Source: Oikopleura dioica
Taxonomy: Eukaryota > Animalia > Chordata
DNA length: 64,000 nt
Direction: 5' to 3'
Assembly (NCBI GenBank): GCA_907165135.1
Contig: OU015568.1
Span: 11,966,001-12,030,000, forward strand
Below the pieces are notes generated by a model. That model worked only from the letters and a program-made list of their open reading frames with translations, was not told the DNA's origin and ran no database searches. Shown here piece after piece: positions 1-13,431 of the stretch (positions are counted from its first letter, which is position 1; the number at the start of each line of letters is the position of its first letter). Position numbers and translations under genes: made by a program.

Positions 1-1966
1 CAAAAATCAAAAACATCTTCTATTTTATCTTTATCTAAGCTTCTTTTTTACTATGTTAAATTCTCTGGAAATGGTTGGAGACCACAAAATGCTAAAAATC
101 CTCTGCCTTTTTTAAAAATATTTCTTCAAGTAACCCTAATCGCGATCGGAAGTAAAAACTTCCTGTGGCACCATTTTTTTTTTCGTTAAATATTCTTGGC
201 GATCTTCAACACACGCGATGGCACCTCGCGGTCGGCCAGAAATAACTTGGGAGGAAGCGGCGGCGGTTGACAGGTAGCTCGATAAGGGGAGAGGATTGAG
301 TTGCAACCGCTTGATTATTATTTTGAACTTGTGCCCTTTTTAGAGGCGCGTTATGGTTACGGATTGACCCGGGGATTATGGGACTGATACCCGGGGAAAG
401 TGTGACTCTAGCAGGTGCATTTTAGCCGCCTGTCTGACCCTTAAGCTCTTCCGATTAAAAAAACGGCAGAAAATTGATAGTTTATCGGTCAAGAGAGGGA
501 GGCAAAAAAAGGATCAAAATGGCGACCGCCGACTTCCGATAAATTTAAACACATCAAGTGTTGGTTTGAGCAAACTCTTTAGGGACTCGCTAAAGGACTA
601 TTTTTCGCAAATAGAGTTCAAAACGCTCCTCGTAGCGCGGGATTAGGGGAATTAGGTTTTGCGTATTTGTATTTGATCAAATGGGACTCGCAAATTGTTC
701 ATTGGATAAATGTTTCGGCTTATCTTTTGAGCAAGATTGAGGGTTTTTTCTCAACTGGTGTGGGTTCAGGAGAATACGTTGATCCCTGTATATCACTCGG
801 GAAAAATTCAGCAAGGAAAATCTGGACCATAAGGAGCTACGTTCACTTCCCAAAAAGCGTGACATGAATTTTTCATGTAATCGTGCGCATATATTCCCCA
901 GGCCGGAAAAGGCCGGTTTCCAAGGAAATCATTCTGACATAATCTTCCCTAAGTAACACTTATGAATCGACTTGTCAGAAAGCTGGCACTAATCGCTGCG
1001 GCTGAAAAATGTATAGTCTGAATGCATCAAGTAAAAATTGAACGAGGGAAATTGGAGTTGAAAAAAAGTTTCTTTGAGAAAATGCTGATATAATGGTTCT
1101 TAGTGGTTACTCTGGCACGAGTGCCCGAGAATCTGATAAGAGCATGCAGATTGCTTCCCGATTAGTTTCGAGCACTAAAATATCCCGCTGAGTCTATTTC
1201 TTTATTTCACCTGGAAGAAAAACTAACCATCCAATTTTGAATGATTTTGGAAGCCCAAGTCTGGAGTTATGAAAGCATGGCCTGCTTGTTTAGGCTCAAT
1301 AAAGCATCATTCTATTTATGAACTCAGCATAACTCTTGTTGAAAAGAGCGCTGGCTACATTCTTGGTTTATTTTGAGATGCAAATTACCTTGACATGATT
1401 TGAGAATCTCTCTATTTACTTTTGCAGCCGCGTTGTTGGTAAATTAAGAGGCATTGGAAAGCCCTAGCTCATCCGCAAAAAGAAGATAGACCTAAATGTC
1501 TGTAAATCTTTGCTAATCCCGGACATTGGCATTCTGGTGGCTTCATAATTGTGAAAATTGGTGAAGACCTTAATCCGGCTTTGGCGAATCTTTGGAATTG
1601 CCAGAATCGATGAAATCATTTTCCACAAAGCCATACTTTCAAATCGACGCCCCATATGGCTCCAGGACTCGAGCAGGACCTGGACGAGCTCGAGCGTCGA
1701 TCCCAGAGCTCAATCCGCGGGGGTAGCTCCTGCGCGACATCTCCGATCTGCGCTAAATGACGCAACAGCGCCATATGCGCCGCCGTGGCCGAGGATGCGC
1801 GAAATCGAAGCTGAATAAAGCGCATTCGAAGTTTCAACTTGTACCAAAAACACAATCATACAAAAAGTTAAAGTTTCGAAACTTTCCTTTTCAAAAACAT
1901 ACGAGAGCTAAAAATAGAAGAAAAATAACACAGAGATTTAAAAGAAACCTTCACTACACAAACAAA

Positions 1967-4900
1967 ATGGTAAGAAATTACAATCATACACGGTCCTCCA
2001 ATTTGGGTTTTCTTCCGGCACCGAAGTTTTTTTGAACAAAAAGTTCTAAACGATACAAAATATTATGTTTCTAAAAGGACCACTAGAAAATTCGGGGATC
2101 TTTTTTCACAGGGAATTATCGAAAGGTCTGTCCTATTAGCGTCTCAAGATCAAACGTGCCCAAATATTCTCCGTTTAGGGATTAGCGGCGGGCCCCCGCC
2201 TCGCACATGTCTTCTTAGGCAGCCAGGGCCAGGAAGTTTGTCTAACAAGTAAAAAGGGATACCGATAAAGATTACACATTCGTCTAGAGTTACCAATTTC
2301 ATTTATCCCCTTCAGCCTTAGCCGGATTTGGCGAGCACAAGATAGGGCAAATTTTGATTTCAGTCGCGCCAAGAGTGACTTATCCCGCCCTTGATCGTAT
2401 TTATCTTTTCATTCTTGTTAACTTGTGAGAAAATCGAGCGGCACGGATTAACTCACTCACTGGAGCTATTCTGAAAAGATTGCGTGAATAAGCAGAATAT
2501 GCATGGGAACTTGCCTGGAAAGATAAAGCTACCTCCTCTGATAAACGTTTTACTGCCGGATTTTGTTTTTGATAGGGAAGGAAAACAAAACCAAACAAAC
2601 TGTCTGCTCCCTCAAATTAGCCCGTTAGCGTAAACACAAATCACCGAGATCGAAACCGACAATATCTTACGCGGCGGAATGTGTGCCCCTTACTTGACCG
2701 CAATCAAGCGAAATGTTTAATTATATAGTGAAATATTTCGCCTTTTTCGGCGTTTGCGGTTCAACCCCTTAATACCTCCGCCGCCGCCGTGGCGTTGAAT
2801 TTGGCGCCAAAATCTTAACAAATTAGGCCCCACTTCCGTTTTGCATTTTGTAAGTGGCTAACCCTTCTCTTTCAGAAATCGCTGCTCATCACACTCTGTG
2901 GGATGGCCGCTGCCTGCCCAAGTATGTGCAGGTGCACTGCATCCGGACGCGTCTTCTGCCAAGACAAGGGACTCACCGAAGTACCCGCCAACATTCCTGC
3001 CGACGTCAAATATCTCTACCTGCAGGATAACAAGATTTTGAACTCGCCCGAGCTCAACGAGCGTCTCGCCAGACTTCCACGACTTGAGCGACTCTTTCTC
3101 TACAACAACCTTCTCGAGCACGTCCCCAGCTTCGATTCTTCCACCCTCAACGAACTGGTCCTTTACGGCAACCAAATCCGAAGCGTGGACGGCCTTGGAA
3201 ACCTCCTAGCCTCAGGACTCTCAACCTTGAGCGAAACGAGCTGAGTGGTACTGTCGGTGACTTCTCTTCCCTTCACTCCCTGGAAGTGCTCTTTCTCCGC
3301 AAGAACTCGATCTCGACCTTCCCAAAACAACTGCCCGCCAGTCTGGAGGAGCTTTATTTGTCCGACAATCGCCTCAACCAAATGCACTTGGAGTCTGTCC
3401 GTCACTTGAGCAATTTGAAAACTCTTCACCTTGACAGCAACCAGCTCAATGACCAGGTAAATACAAAAACTTTTAAATGATGGATACTTGGAACTAGTTT
3501 AAAGAACTTCAAACTTTGTTTGTGTGAAAGGCACCTTGCGCGGCGTAAACGGAGCGCGTAAGATAATGTAGCGGCAGGCAAGTGCTGCTTATCGCATTTT
3601 CAAAAGTATTTAGCTCTGTTTGGGAACCTACCACTCGAGATTGAATTCACAATTGATTCCCCCAATGACCTCTCATACATACTTAGAACCTGTAGTTTAC
3701 GTTTTCTTCTTCAAATATCTTACTTTTATATTAAGTCTTTCGAGCAGGATATCTTTGGATACCTTGTCAGCCTTGAAGAGCTCGATCTCAGCCAGAACAA
3801 CCTGCGAACGTTTCCTTCCGGTCTCCAGACTCGAGTCGAGAGCGTCAACCTGGCCCGAAATATGATCGAATTCGTGGAAAAGACATCCGTCCACGGACTC
3901 CAGGCACTTCGACGTCTCGACCTCGCATTCAATCGTCTCCGATCGATCGAAGACGGTGCCCTTCAAGGTCTCGCCCAGCTCGACTCAATCGACTTTTCCG
4001 GCAACAATTGGTCTTGCGACTGCTACCTCAAGTCCCTCCACAAATTCATCGCCAAAGGCTACCACCGAGGTCAGCAAGGCGATCTCCTCTGCGGCGAATC
4101 TGGTGAACTCACTGGTGTTGAAATCGAGAAGCTCAGCGAATCCGATCTGTCCTGCGACGCCGTCGAGTTTGAAGTTCTTCAACCACGAGAAGGCGAGCTC
4201 TTCATTCAAGTCGCTGATTTTTACAGCCCATCGTACGCTTCTTTCCAGATCAACATTAGCGGCGTCACCCAGTCAGGTAATAAAGCAACCCTAGAACGTC
4301 TCTTTTCCTGTTGTAAACTCTTTTGAAAAAGAGCTTCCCAGGAAATCATAGTACACATTATTTTATTGACCAATTATTTACAAGCTATTTCAGGAAACGT
4401 CAACCTCATCGAATCGAAAAGGATCACTCCCGGAGCCACTCGAACTATCGCGGGCCTTGGAGAATACCCTGAGTACAAGATCTGCATCGAATCCCCCTAC
4501 ACCTGGGACCAGGAAGGCTTCACCTCCCCGTGCCAATCTGCCACTCCTCGAGTCTTCTCTTCCACCCAATCCGAGAAAGTTTCTACTGTTGTCACTGACG
4601 ATGTCGAAACTATCATCGGATTGGTCACCGGTGGTCTGATCGTCATTCTCTCGCTCATCATCGTCGGCGTTCTCTTCTACAAATCCAAGCGATTCCCTTC
4701 TTCCAAGTTTTCTGAAACTACCTTCCTCCCCTCCGGCTCGCTTTCTTTCAACTCGAAGTACGAAACTGGCATCACTCGAACACTCTATGGTCAGCCTGGT
4801 ATGCTCTATCATCCATACACTGTCGGCACTAACTACGGAAACGTCCACCCTGCTACTCTCAACCAGTCTCAACAATCCCAGCAAACTGTCGATGCCGGCA

Positions 4901-5013
4901 GCGAGTTTGCCGTACAGCTGATTCCAAGCGGCGCCGGTGCTCCGCCACCTTACCCGAGTTACGCCAACAACACTACTGGAAACAACAACAACGAGGGCGG
5001 AGTCTTTGTGTAA
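1967..5013 (+). CDS. FLRT-like type I membrane protein (signal peptide, LRRNT, LRRs, LRRCT, FN3-like, TM); exons ~1967-1969, 2876-3456, 3736-4276, 4394-5013
   Basis: ATG|gtaag at 1967 joins ttcag|2876 to give MKSLLITLCGMAAACPSMCRC. LxxLxLxxN repeats, NNWSCDC LRRCT and TM IIGLVTGGLIVILSLIIVGVLF follow. A one-base frameshift near 3205 restores NLPSLRTLNLERNEL. Confidence 0.8.
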
Positions 5014-5277
5014 ATATTTCTAAATTTCCTGCCCTGCCCAGATTTTCTTTAACTAAAATCAATATTTTAAACTATTTGTACATTCCTGCATAAATATACT
5101 TCAACACAAACTTTCAATTCAAAAGTCTCCTTTCTTTGAATATCAAGCAGCTTTATTTTAGAAAAGATATTGCACCTAGATTTATTCATCGTCCGCGTAG
5201 CCTAATTAGATTTTTAAATTAGAATAACATAAGATTCGAAAACAGAATGAAGTTGAGTTGAAGAAGCGTCGTGTTAT

Positions 5278-7558
5278 TTACGCCATATAGTTTCGCTCGT
5301 TATGCTTAACAAATCTGTTAGTTGATGAATAATTAAAGTGAGACAAACCTGAGGATGGCCGTTTTCTTGAAGCGGTGAGCTTTGTCGGAAAGCAGGAGGG
5401 GCTTGAGACATTACTGGTGGTTGAGGAGCGATGTACTGTGGATAGGAATTCGGAGGAGCTCCGGAATGAGGTGGAAATTGAACTGGTGGGGCTCCAGGCA
5501 TTTGAGGAGGCATGGGTGCCATTGGCATCTGTTTCTGCTGTAAGGAAGGTCTGGGCTGGTTCAGTCCAGCGTTGCCATGAATCGGACTCAACTATTAAAT
5601 TTGTGAAACCGCACGTAAAATTTATTCAAAGCTAAAAGACACGGTACCTGTGGAGAATCATGATAGAGCAGCTGCTGCTGTCGTTGAGCATGACTAAGAT
5701 TGGGTGCTGGGGGTCGTTGGACGAGTGGGGCAGGGCCTCGCGGTCTCGGTCCGTTCATCACTCGACCAGTTCGACGAGCTTCCTCCCCTTCAGGACCACG
5801 CATTCGATGCAGCATTCGGTCGCGCTCTTGGCGAGCTCGCATCTCCATGATTTCTTGGTGTCGTTTCTAGGATTAGTTTTATTACGCTGGGAAATGTCAC
5901 AGGAGGACTTACCGCAGCTTTTCGCTCTTGGCGGACGTGAATTTCGTGAATCTCCCGCTCCAAGCTAGTTTTCAACTCTGCTTTACGAGCAAGCTGATCC
6001 TGGAGGGATTTCGATTCGCGCTCGAGATCCTTCACTTTGCGATCCGTCTCCCTCCATTTTAACCAGGTCTCATGAGCTTCGCGTTCCACTTTCTACAGAA
6101 CAAGTAAGCAAAGAAACATCGTAAGACTCTAATTACATTGATAGTTTGAGAGCGTTCGCGGCTTGCGATCTCGTGGCGTTTTGTGAGATCAGCACGCGTT
6201 TTCTTAAACTCAGCGAGTTCGTTGTTCAAAAAAGTTTCTCGATCTTTGAAAGTTGCGTAGTCAGACTCGATTGCAGCTCGGAGCTCTTTTTCTTTCGCCA
6301 GTTCTTGTCGAACTAAACAGAGTTTATGACTAACTGATGAGAAAATCGGCTGAACCTTTTACATCTTTCTTCGCAAAGAAATCCTCAATAACACCAATTT
6401 TCATTTTGAGAGTCTTTTTCTGCTTCTCAAGTGATTTGATGTCCTCCAAATATTTTTGTTTTCATTCGTTCTTGAAATCAATCTAAAAATTTTGTTATCC
6501 AAGAAGGTAGGGTGTTCTTACTGATTTTCTTTTTCTTTCAAAGCAGCTTCCTGAGCATTCAGACTTTCTTGAGTTTTGTTAACAGCATTCTGAGCAGTTT
6601 CGACCTCAAACGCTGCTTTTTCGACATCAAAGAGCTCATCAACGATTTGATTTTTCTCTTTGTCTGATGCCCCCTCTGCCAATTTTTCTAGTGCCACTTG
6701 AAGAACATTTGTGTTTTCTTGAATATACGCAATTGCGGAATTGAATGCATCTTCTTCTGCTTTAAATTGCTCCTGGCTAGCTTTGTAAGCATTTATCTGT
6801 TGTTGCATTTTTTCCCGATCAGTGGTAATTTTTTCGACCTCCTTTCGAAGCTTGTCGTTTTGCTTGGCAGTTTTGTCGCGCTTCCTTTTTGCATCGGCAA
6901 AGTCTCGTTGAAGTTTTTCTAAACCGAGTTTTCGCTGCTCCAGTTCCTCTGTTCGATCCTAGGGAAAGGTGAGTGATAGCGGGAAAGAATAGAATGTACC
7001 TGATAAGCGAGCTGCTGTTGATAAGCCTCCCGCATTCGGGCGAGCTCTTGTTCTTTGTACGCCACTTGTTGGTACATTTGCGTGTATTCATCATTTGCCT
7101 TTTGAACTATTGCTTTGTACTCAGGATCTTTCGCTTGAACTAGAATCATTTTTGAACACTGAAATCAAGGAAGAGGACCGACCTGCATGACACGCGCGCT
7201 CGACCTGAGTGTGCTGGTCTAGGAGCTTTTTCTTTTGCTCTTTTAGCCTTTCCAACTCAATTTTACTCTGCTCGAGTGCAACGTTTTTCGTCTGTGGCTT
7301 ATTCGCCTCGTCGATTCTAGCTTTCATGCGCTTTAGAAGTTCCATTGATTTCTCTTCCGAGAGGGCGCGGAATTTCGCATCGCGGGAAGATGATGCATTG
7401 GCAGCAATGAAGTAAAGGAGAAAATGAACGATAAGGAACCCACCCACTAAAGAATACGAAAAAGTGGCTTCGTCGATGCCCAGCTCGTCAGGGGAGATCC
7501 CGAGGTTGTGGGACAACTTGACGACCTTTTCATTGACAAAACCAAGTATTTCGTCCAT
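5278..7558 (-). CDS. cTAGE5/MIA2 (TANGO1 family) ER-exit-site protein, multi-exon
   Basis: N-terminal TM, long coiled coils, motif EREAHETWLKWRETDRKVKDLERE (cf. EKKAHDNWL in cTAGE5/TANGO1) and a proline-rich C-terminus. The 3' end is approximate. Confidence 0.75.
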
Positions 7559-8019
7559 CTTTATCTGAAAGAAAAATACATGAAAAATTTTCCATTTTAT
7601 ATATTTTGTTGAACTTGATTCGGTTACACACCAGAATGAAATTAGAAATCATGGGAAGAGAGATACTTTCTCCGACAGGACTAGATAATAAATATGTGAA
7701 GACCAGCTTTGCCGGGAATAGAGGAACAAATCTTTGATAGGAAAGAGCCCTATCAAGTGATGAATTTCAAGCAACTTTTAAAGGAAACAAAATAGCTCGC
7801 GGAGAAATATAAAAGAATAGTAACTGTCGTTAATTGAAGACATCAGTAAGATATCCAAAAAACTTAAAAGAAGCAAAAGAGAGGTACGGAAAACGATTTT
7901 TAGGTAAAGATCGGTAAATGGGATTAATAAAAGCCCAACTGCGGATCTACGAGCATCAGTCTTCTTTCAGTTCAGAAACAAGTTAGAAAGCGGGCGAGCG
8001 TGTGAGCGAGATAAACGTT

Positions 8020-9144
8020 TTAGACTTCCATATTGGAGTCAGCAGTGGCGGAATCTGCATCCGGACAGAGGGACTTCTTTGCAGTCTTTTCCAGAAGACT
8101 TTGAAACATGGACTGATCACGGGAGTCAATTGAGGCGAGCGAATCACTAAAGATTTTGTTAACTTGAAAAATATCGAAAGTAAACCTTGAGCCGCGACGA
8201 GAGTTGACAGGAGTGTCAACAGACTGAGCGCATGAATTATCAGACAAAGAGTGAAGAAAAAGGCCTTCTTTAGGCGGGAAATCGTTATTTTGGGAACTAA
8301 AAGATTCACTTCGATTTTTCAATGGTGAATCAGCTTTCACCTGTTTTGGGATACTTCGGAATACACTGAGCCATCATGGCTTGAACTGATAGACGAAATG
8401 GACATCGAGCGATTGATGCCATTTATACTCGGGCGGCGCAAATCCATACATGACGAAAAATCATTCAGCAAGCGCTGCAAAACATCTCTATAAAGATCCG
8501 AACAGAAATAAATACCTTTGGTTTGGGCTCTTCAACAGTCTCAGACGGAAACCGTCGCTTGCCCCTGAAAGCGGTGAGAGGACTCTCCGCTCGTCTGCTG
8601 ATAACATCACCGCTTCCAGGCTTGGTAACGAATTTGCCCCGCTTTGGACTGCCAGGACAAGGACCGAATTCGCTCCTTCGAAGAATCGAGCTTGTTCCAG
8701 TCGGTGAGCTCGAGATCGGCCCGATCTGAGCTGCACCCATTGTATCGCCAATTTTTGATATGAAGTTCGTTTCATTTTCGTGCGTTATTTCATCCTGACT
8801 GAATCCATCGATTGAGTCACGGCGACGAATGTCAATCAATCGAGGGGATAAAGTGCCAGAGTGGCGGCGCTGGTGGTGTTTTCCGTCAAATTGGGTGTCG
8901 ATAGAGACGATAGATGAGTCAGATGATTGGAGGCGGAGCTTTTGCGGCTTTTCAAGCAGAGTCAGTTCTTTGTCGCTCTCAACAAGAGAGGAAGAATCAT
9001 TTAATGACTAAAATTCGTATATTTATTGTTGAATTATTTGTTGAAAATGGGATCAATTACTTTTGTGAAAGGGCAATCCTCATCCGGCATCCGTTTATTT
9101 TCCTCAACGGATGAGTCCGAATCCGAGTCGTCTTTCGAATCCAT
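8020..9144 (-). CDS. FAM122/PABIR-like PP2A-B55 regulator (divergent)
   Basis: RRHSGT...SPRLIDIRRRDSIDGFSQDEITHENE resembles FAM122 RRNST...SRLHQIKQEE.D...E..HERE. SP-rich with RRAESP...KRR. ATG preceded by ttttag. Confidence 0.5.
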
Positions 9145-9380
9145 TCTAAAACAATAGTTGTTTCAGTATTTTTCGGTAGAGGAGAAAAAAGTTCAATTTT
9201 CCTAAATTCAGTAGAGCACACTGAAACGTTCAATCATCGGTCTGCTTCTTTGCATGTCAGGCCGTTAACGAATGGAGGATGAGAAAAAGATACATGTAGT
9301 GATGACCAAAGGGCAATGAGTTGTCATCGACTAGTTGAAAGAATTTAATCCGGCAGTGGATAGTTGGAACGCGAACGTTC

Positions 9381-12300
9381 TTATGCGTGCAGCACGCGGA
9401 ATTCCTTGAACACATTGAGTGCTGGCTCAACTGTGCCTTGGGTGAACAGGAGCTCGCTCAGCTGCTTATCGTAACTGAGGACAGCCTGGAAAGAGGTTAA
9501 CTATGAATCGAAAGAAGATGACCTACAGTTTCGTTGCGAAGGAACACTTCCTGGAGACGCTCACAGGTGCACTGGAGCCAATGTCTGTTCTTCGCCTGTA
9601 CAAGAGTCTCTTGCGTATCCATCATTTCATCCTCTTCGATCGGAAGTCCGTGCTTGGCCACGTGCTCCGAAATCACTCCAATAAATCTCTAAACAAATCA
9701 TTGCAAATGAAAATTGAAAAAACAAACCTGGAAAATAACCAGGAAAAGGTTCTTCTGCTCTACTTTGGCATTCTCTAACTTCTCTCTGAACGTCTCAACT
9801 TCTGACTCTGACGGCGCAAACGCAGCGTAAGAGTCCATCATATCCTGAGTTTCTGCAGCCTCCGTTCCTACAGATTGAAAATGTATCAAACTTCAAAATA
9901 ATATCAAACCTTCTTCAAGCTTAATTGACGCCTGGTGCAATCGAGACTTGATACTTTCGTATTCATCTGTAACACGGTCGACGTGAGACTTCATTTTCGA
10001 AATTGTTCCATGAAGAATCTTGGAAAGAGTTAAAACTCCAAGATAAAGATGAAGGATCTCACCTCCCAAACAAAATATCTTTGGAAGTTGCTGGACATTT
10101 CCACTGAAAAGATCCATTGTGCAACTGAAGCTGGATCGACAATTTGAGCTCGGATGCACTTGTCGATCAAAACCACCTAGAAAATTTTGAGTCTGAGTCA
10201 GAATATCCAATATAATAGTAAAAGAACTTACGATCATTTGAGGATGATCCTTCCACATATCATACAAGATCTGGAGAAGCTTGACCTTCGCGCCTTCGTT
10301 CTTAGCGAGTCGCTTCAGCATAATATGATATTTTGATAGCGCTACAATATTTTTAAAAATAAACAGTTGAGATAAATTTACCGGCGAAAGAATGAGAGAA
10401 CGTCTTGGAAGCGATGAACATCAGAGTTTGAAGAAAAACGTCAAGTGCATTCGGGTTGTAGTCTAATAAAATGTTGATGAGATTTTCTGTGAATAATTTA
10501 CCCGGATTTTCTTCATTATCGGGCTCAGTAGGCTTTGGCACATCCTTTAGGATGTCAAAAATCTCTTCTGCCGTCGCCTTCGATCTAATGGCGTATTCTA
10601 ACTTTCTGGAACATGCAACAGCTGGATTCTCAGACATGCCATCGTCGTCATCGTGCTTGTATTTGAATCTAATGATAGGCTCGCTCGGAAGCAATGGCTC
10701 GAAGTCTTGTGGTACTGTCTCGTTGATCCTCTGATGGTAGCACAAACGTCTACATTTTTCGAGCACTTCTCGGATGAAAGCAGGTCGCGAAGATTCTAAG
10801 TCTTGTTGGAGACAATCTGCCCACTCATCCCAGGACCATCGGAACTGGAAATTAGACAAGTGATGAGCGAACCAGTTAGTAAATCGGTCAGCAGTTGGTC
10901 GAGTCAAATCGTCCAGCTTTTCAAAGATCAATTCTGTTGCCAGCGCGAGAACTTGTGGCATAAACTGGGGCTGTAGTTTGCAAAGCTCAATGAAAATCGT
11001 CGCAAAACAAATGTCAGGAACAATCGGAGTTGGGACTCGGAAGATGTACGAAAAGATGACCTCGACGATCATGTGATAGATCGGCACTTTAGATTTGTTC
11101 GAGTAGCTCAAAAGACGAGTCGCGCATTCTTTTCGCTCTCTATAATAAGTGAAGAAAAGAGTGGTTAGGTTCTCTTCGACGATAAATCGACCAATTGAGT
11201 CATTGGCTGGAAGCGGGGCTCCATCTTCTTCGCCAACCTCATCCATCTTGAAGAGGCGGAACATCATGAACGGCTTAGGGTAGATAAATTGAGGCTCATG
11301 AGGAGGAAGGACGAATCGAGGAAGGTTCTGTCGAACAGCTTCTGCCAAGATACCTTCGAATCCTATGTAAGGCCTTAGGATAAAGCCTTCGTCGTCCCAG
11401 TTGTTCTTTGCAAGATTTTTGATCTGACTCCAAAGAGAGTCGACATTGTCTTCCATTCGCTGCTGTTTTTCCGTTCTCCAAACACTCAAGAGGCTGAAAT
11501 GATCACGGTTTCGTTGAGCTACGTAGTCCCCCATCGTATTCATCAGGCGATCAACTTCTGCGGACTCGTCATTGTAAAGCTTTCGGCCACACCAAGGGAG
11601 AGATGAGAGACAGATGTAAACAAGGGCATCCTTTCGTCGCTGGGATGCATTTTCTTCGTCAAGGCAGTCAAGGAAGGAGTCGAAGAATGTAATGACGGTG
11701 CTGGCAGTGATCACACCACAGTTGCTAAGATCTTTATAGATGGTGGCAAGTTGATGCCTAATTGGAAGCAAATATGAACTATCGTAAGCGAGCGAACATG
11801 CGTCTACTGCTGGTAACCAGGGTAACCGGCAACCCAGGCGACCCTTAATAGGCGCGATAGATAAATATTAATCTGTGGGACTTTTTGGAATTAGGCTCCG
11901 TCAAGGTCAGGTCGTGTGTGGTGGGGTGTGGTCCTTGCCCCCACCATACAACTTTCATGCGGCGGAGGAGCAATGCCCCACGATGATCAGGAGCATAGTT
12001 GCTATGGGGAACGGTTTCCACGGAAATCTGAGCCAGTAAGGGAGTTTATGAAGCTCCGACTCTTTGGCAACAGAAATGTTCAAGAACACCTTCCAGAGCG
12101 GATTCCTGTCGATCCTTTATTCGATCGGCAGTAAGCCACTGCTGATCTGGGACAAAAAGGTTCGAAATGGTCACATCAAGAGAATCACCGATAACGACAT
12201 TCAATCCCTCGTACTTGAGATCGAAGGCACCAATGTCTCAACAACTTACATCACCTGTCCCGCAGGTATTTCGGTGATCTTCTCTGAATGAATTATTCGA

Positions 12301-13273
12301 CCGCTTTAGATCCAAAGAAAACGCTGGGAATCAAGCTTCCATTTCTCGTCATGATCATCAAAAACTTGAAAAAGTACTTCACATTCGAAGTCCAGGTAAA
12401 TTTAAGAAATTAAAAGTAATGGCATTAAATTGTGATTTTACAGGTGCTTGACGATAAAAACGTACGTCGAAGATTCCGCGCATCAAACTATCAATCAACA
12501 ACGCGTGTAAAACCGTTTATTTGCACAATGCCGATGCGATTAGACGATGGCTGGAACCAAATTCAATTCAACTTATCAGGTAATCCTTGAAGGCAGACAT
12601 TGCTCTTATCGACCGTTCAAGATTTCACAAGAAGAGCTTACGGAACTAATTACATCGAGACATTGCGTGTGCAGATCCACGCCAATTGCCGAATCCGCCG
12701 CGTTTATTTCTCGGATCGATTGTACTCAGAAGACGAGCTACCTGCTGAGTTCAAGCTGTATCTCCCTGTACAAAATAAAAAATAAACAGCTAGATAAAAA
12801 ATCAGTGTCACCATGTTCCTGTGATAAAACGAAACATAAAACGCACAGTTTCCCAGCGACAGGCGATAACGTTGTCACGAAGGTCGGCCATGATGTACTT
12901 CATGAATTCGGAACCGAACGAGTCGCTCTTCGAGTTGAGCCAGCCGACGAGCGTTGAGTAAATGGTGACCTTTTCCGGCATCTAAAGTTGAAAGATCAAA
13001 TTCTGACCCTTCATAAAGCTCGATTACCTGAACAGCAGCACATGCAAGAGTCTCAATAATGAAATCCTTGAAATTCGCCAAATCTGATTTCAAAACCTTC
13101 GCCAATCCCTCCAAATTCGACTCCAGCGATGAAGTGGACTTCTCGCCGATACGACAGATGAGCGACTCGAGCCTAGTTTCAATCTCACCGTGAGATTCCT
13201 GAGGCAATGATCGACCGCGATCGTCGTCCGAGGACGAAGAAGAGTCACTATCGGAATGACGTCTTCGGCCCAT
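9381..13273 (-). CDS. NCBP1: Nuclear cap-binding protein subunit 1 (CBP80), multi-exon
   Basis: [43 protein letters not shown] and FSHSF...MWKDHPQM are characteristic CBP80 segments. Confidence 0.96.
11813..12027 (+). promoter_or_regulatory. Cluster of RFX X-box-like sites upstream of CFAP20
   Basis: GTAACCAGGGTAAC (11813-11826), overlapping GTAACCGGCAAC (11822-11833), GTTGCTATGGGGAAC (11998-12012) and GTTTCCACGGAAAT (12014-12027) versus consensus GTNRCC(N0-3)RGYAAC. Also TCAAGGTCA at 11901-11909. Confidence 0.65.
12076..12785 (+). CDS. CFAP20: Cilia- and flagella-associated protein 20 (BUG22), 4 exons, nested antisense in an NCBP1 intron
   Basis: Near-invariant sequence [22 protein letters not shown]...[32 protein letters not shown]. 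Confidence 0.98.
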
Positions 13274-13431
13274 TCTGATTCTTACAAATATTACAATAGG
13301 TTGTTTTTTATTGAAATATATTTATACAGAGCAAGGTAGAAAAATATAAAGTGCAACTAAAATAGACATTCATAGAAAAATATAGTAAATCGCAGTAGAT
13401 AAAGTAAATTTCGTTCTAAAGTCGTAAATTT

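Noticed and set aside
11880-12075. RNase P, U3, SRP or SL RNA
   Set aside because: Only isolated short motif resemblances; the required partner motifs are absent.
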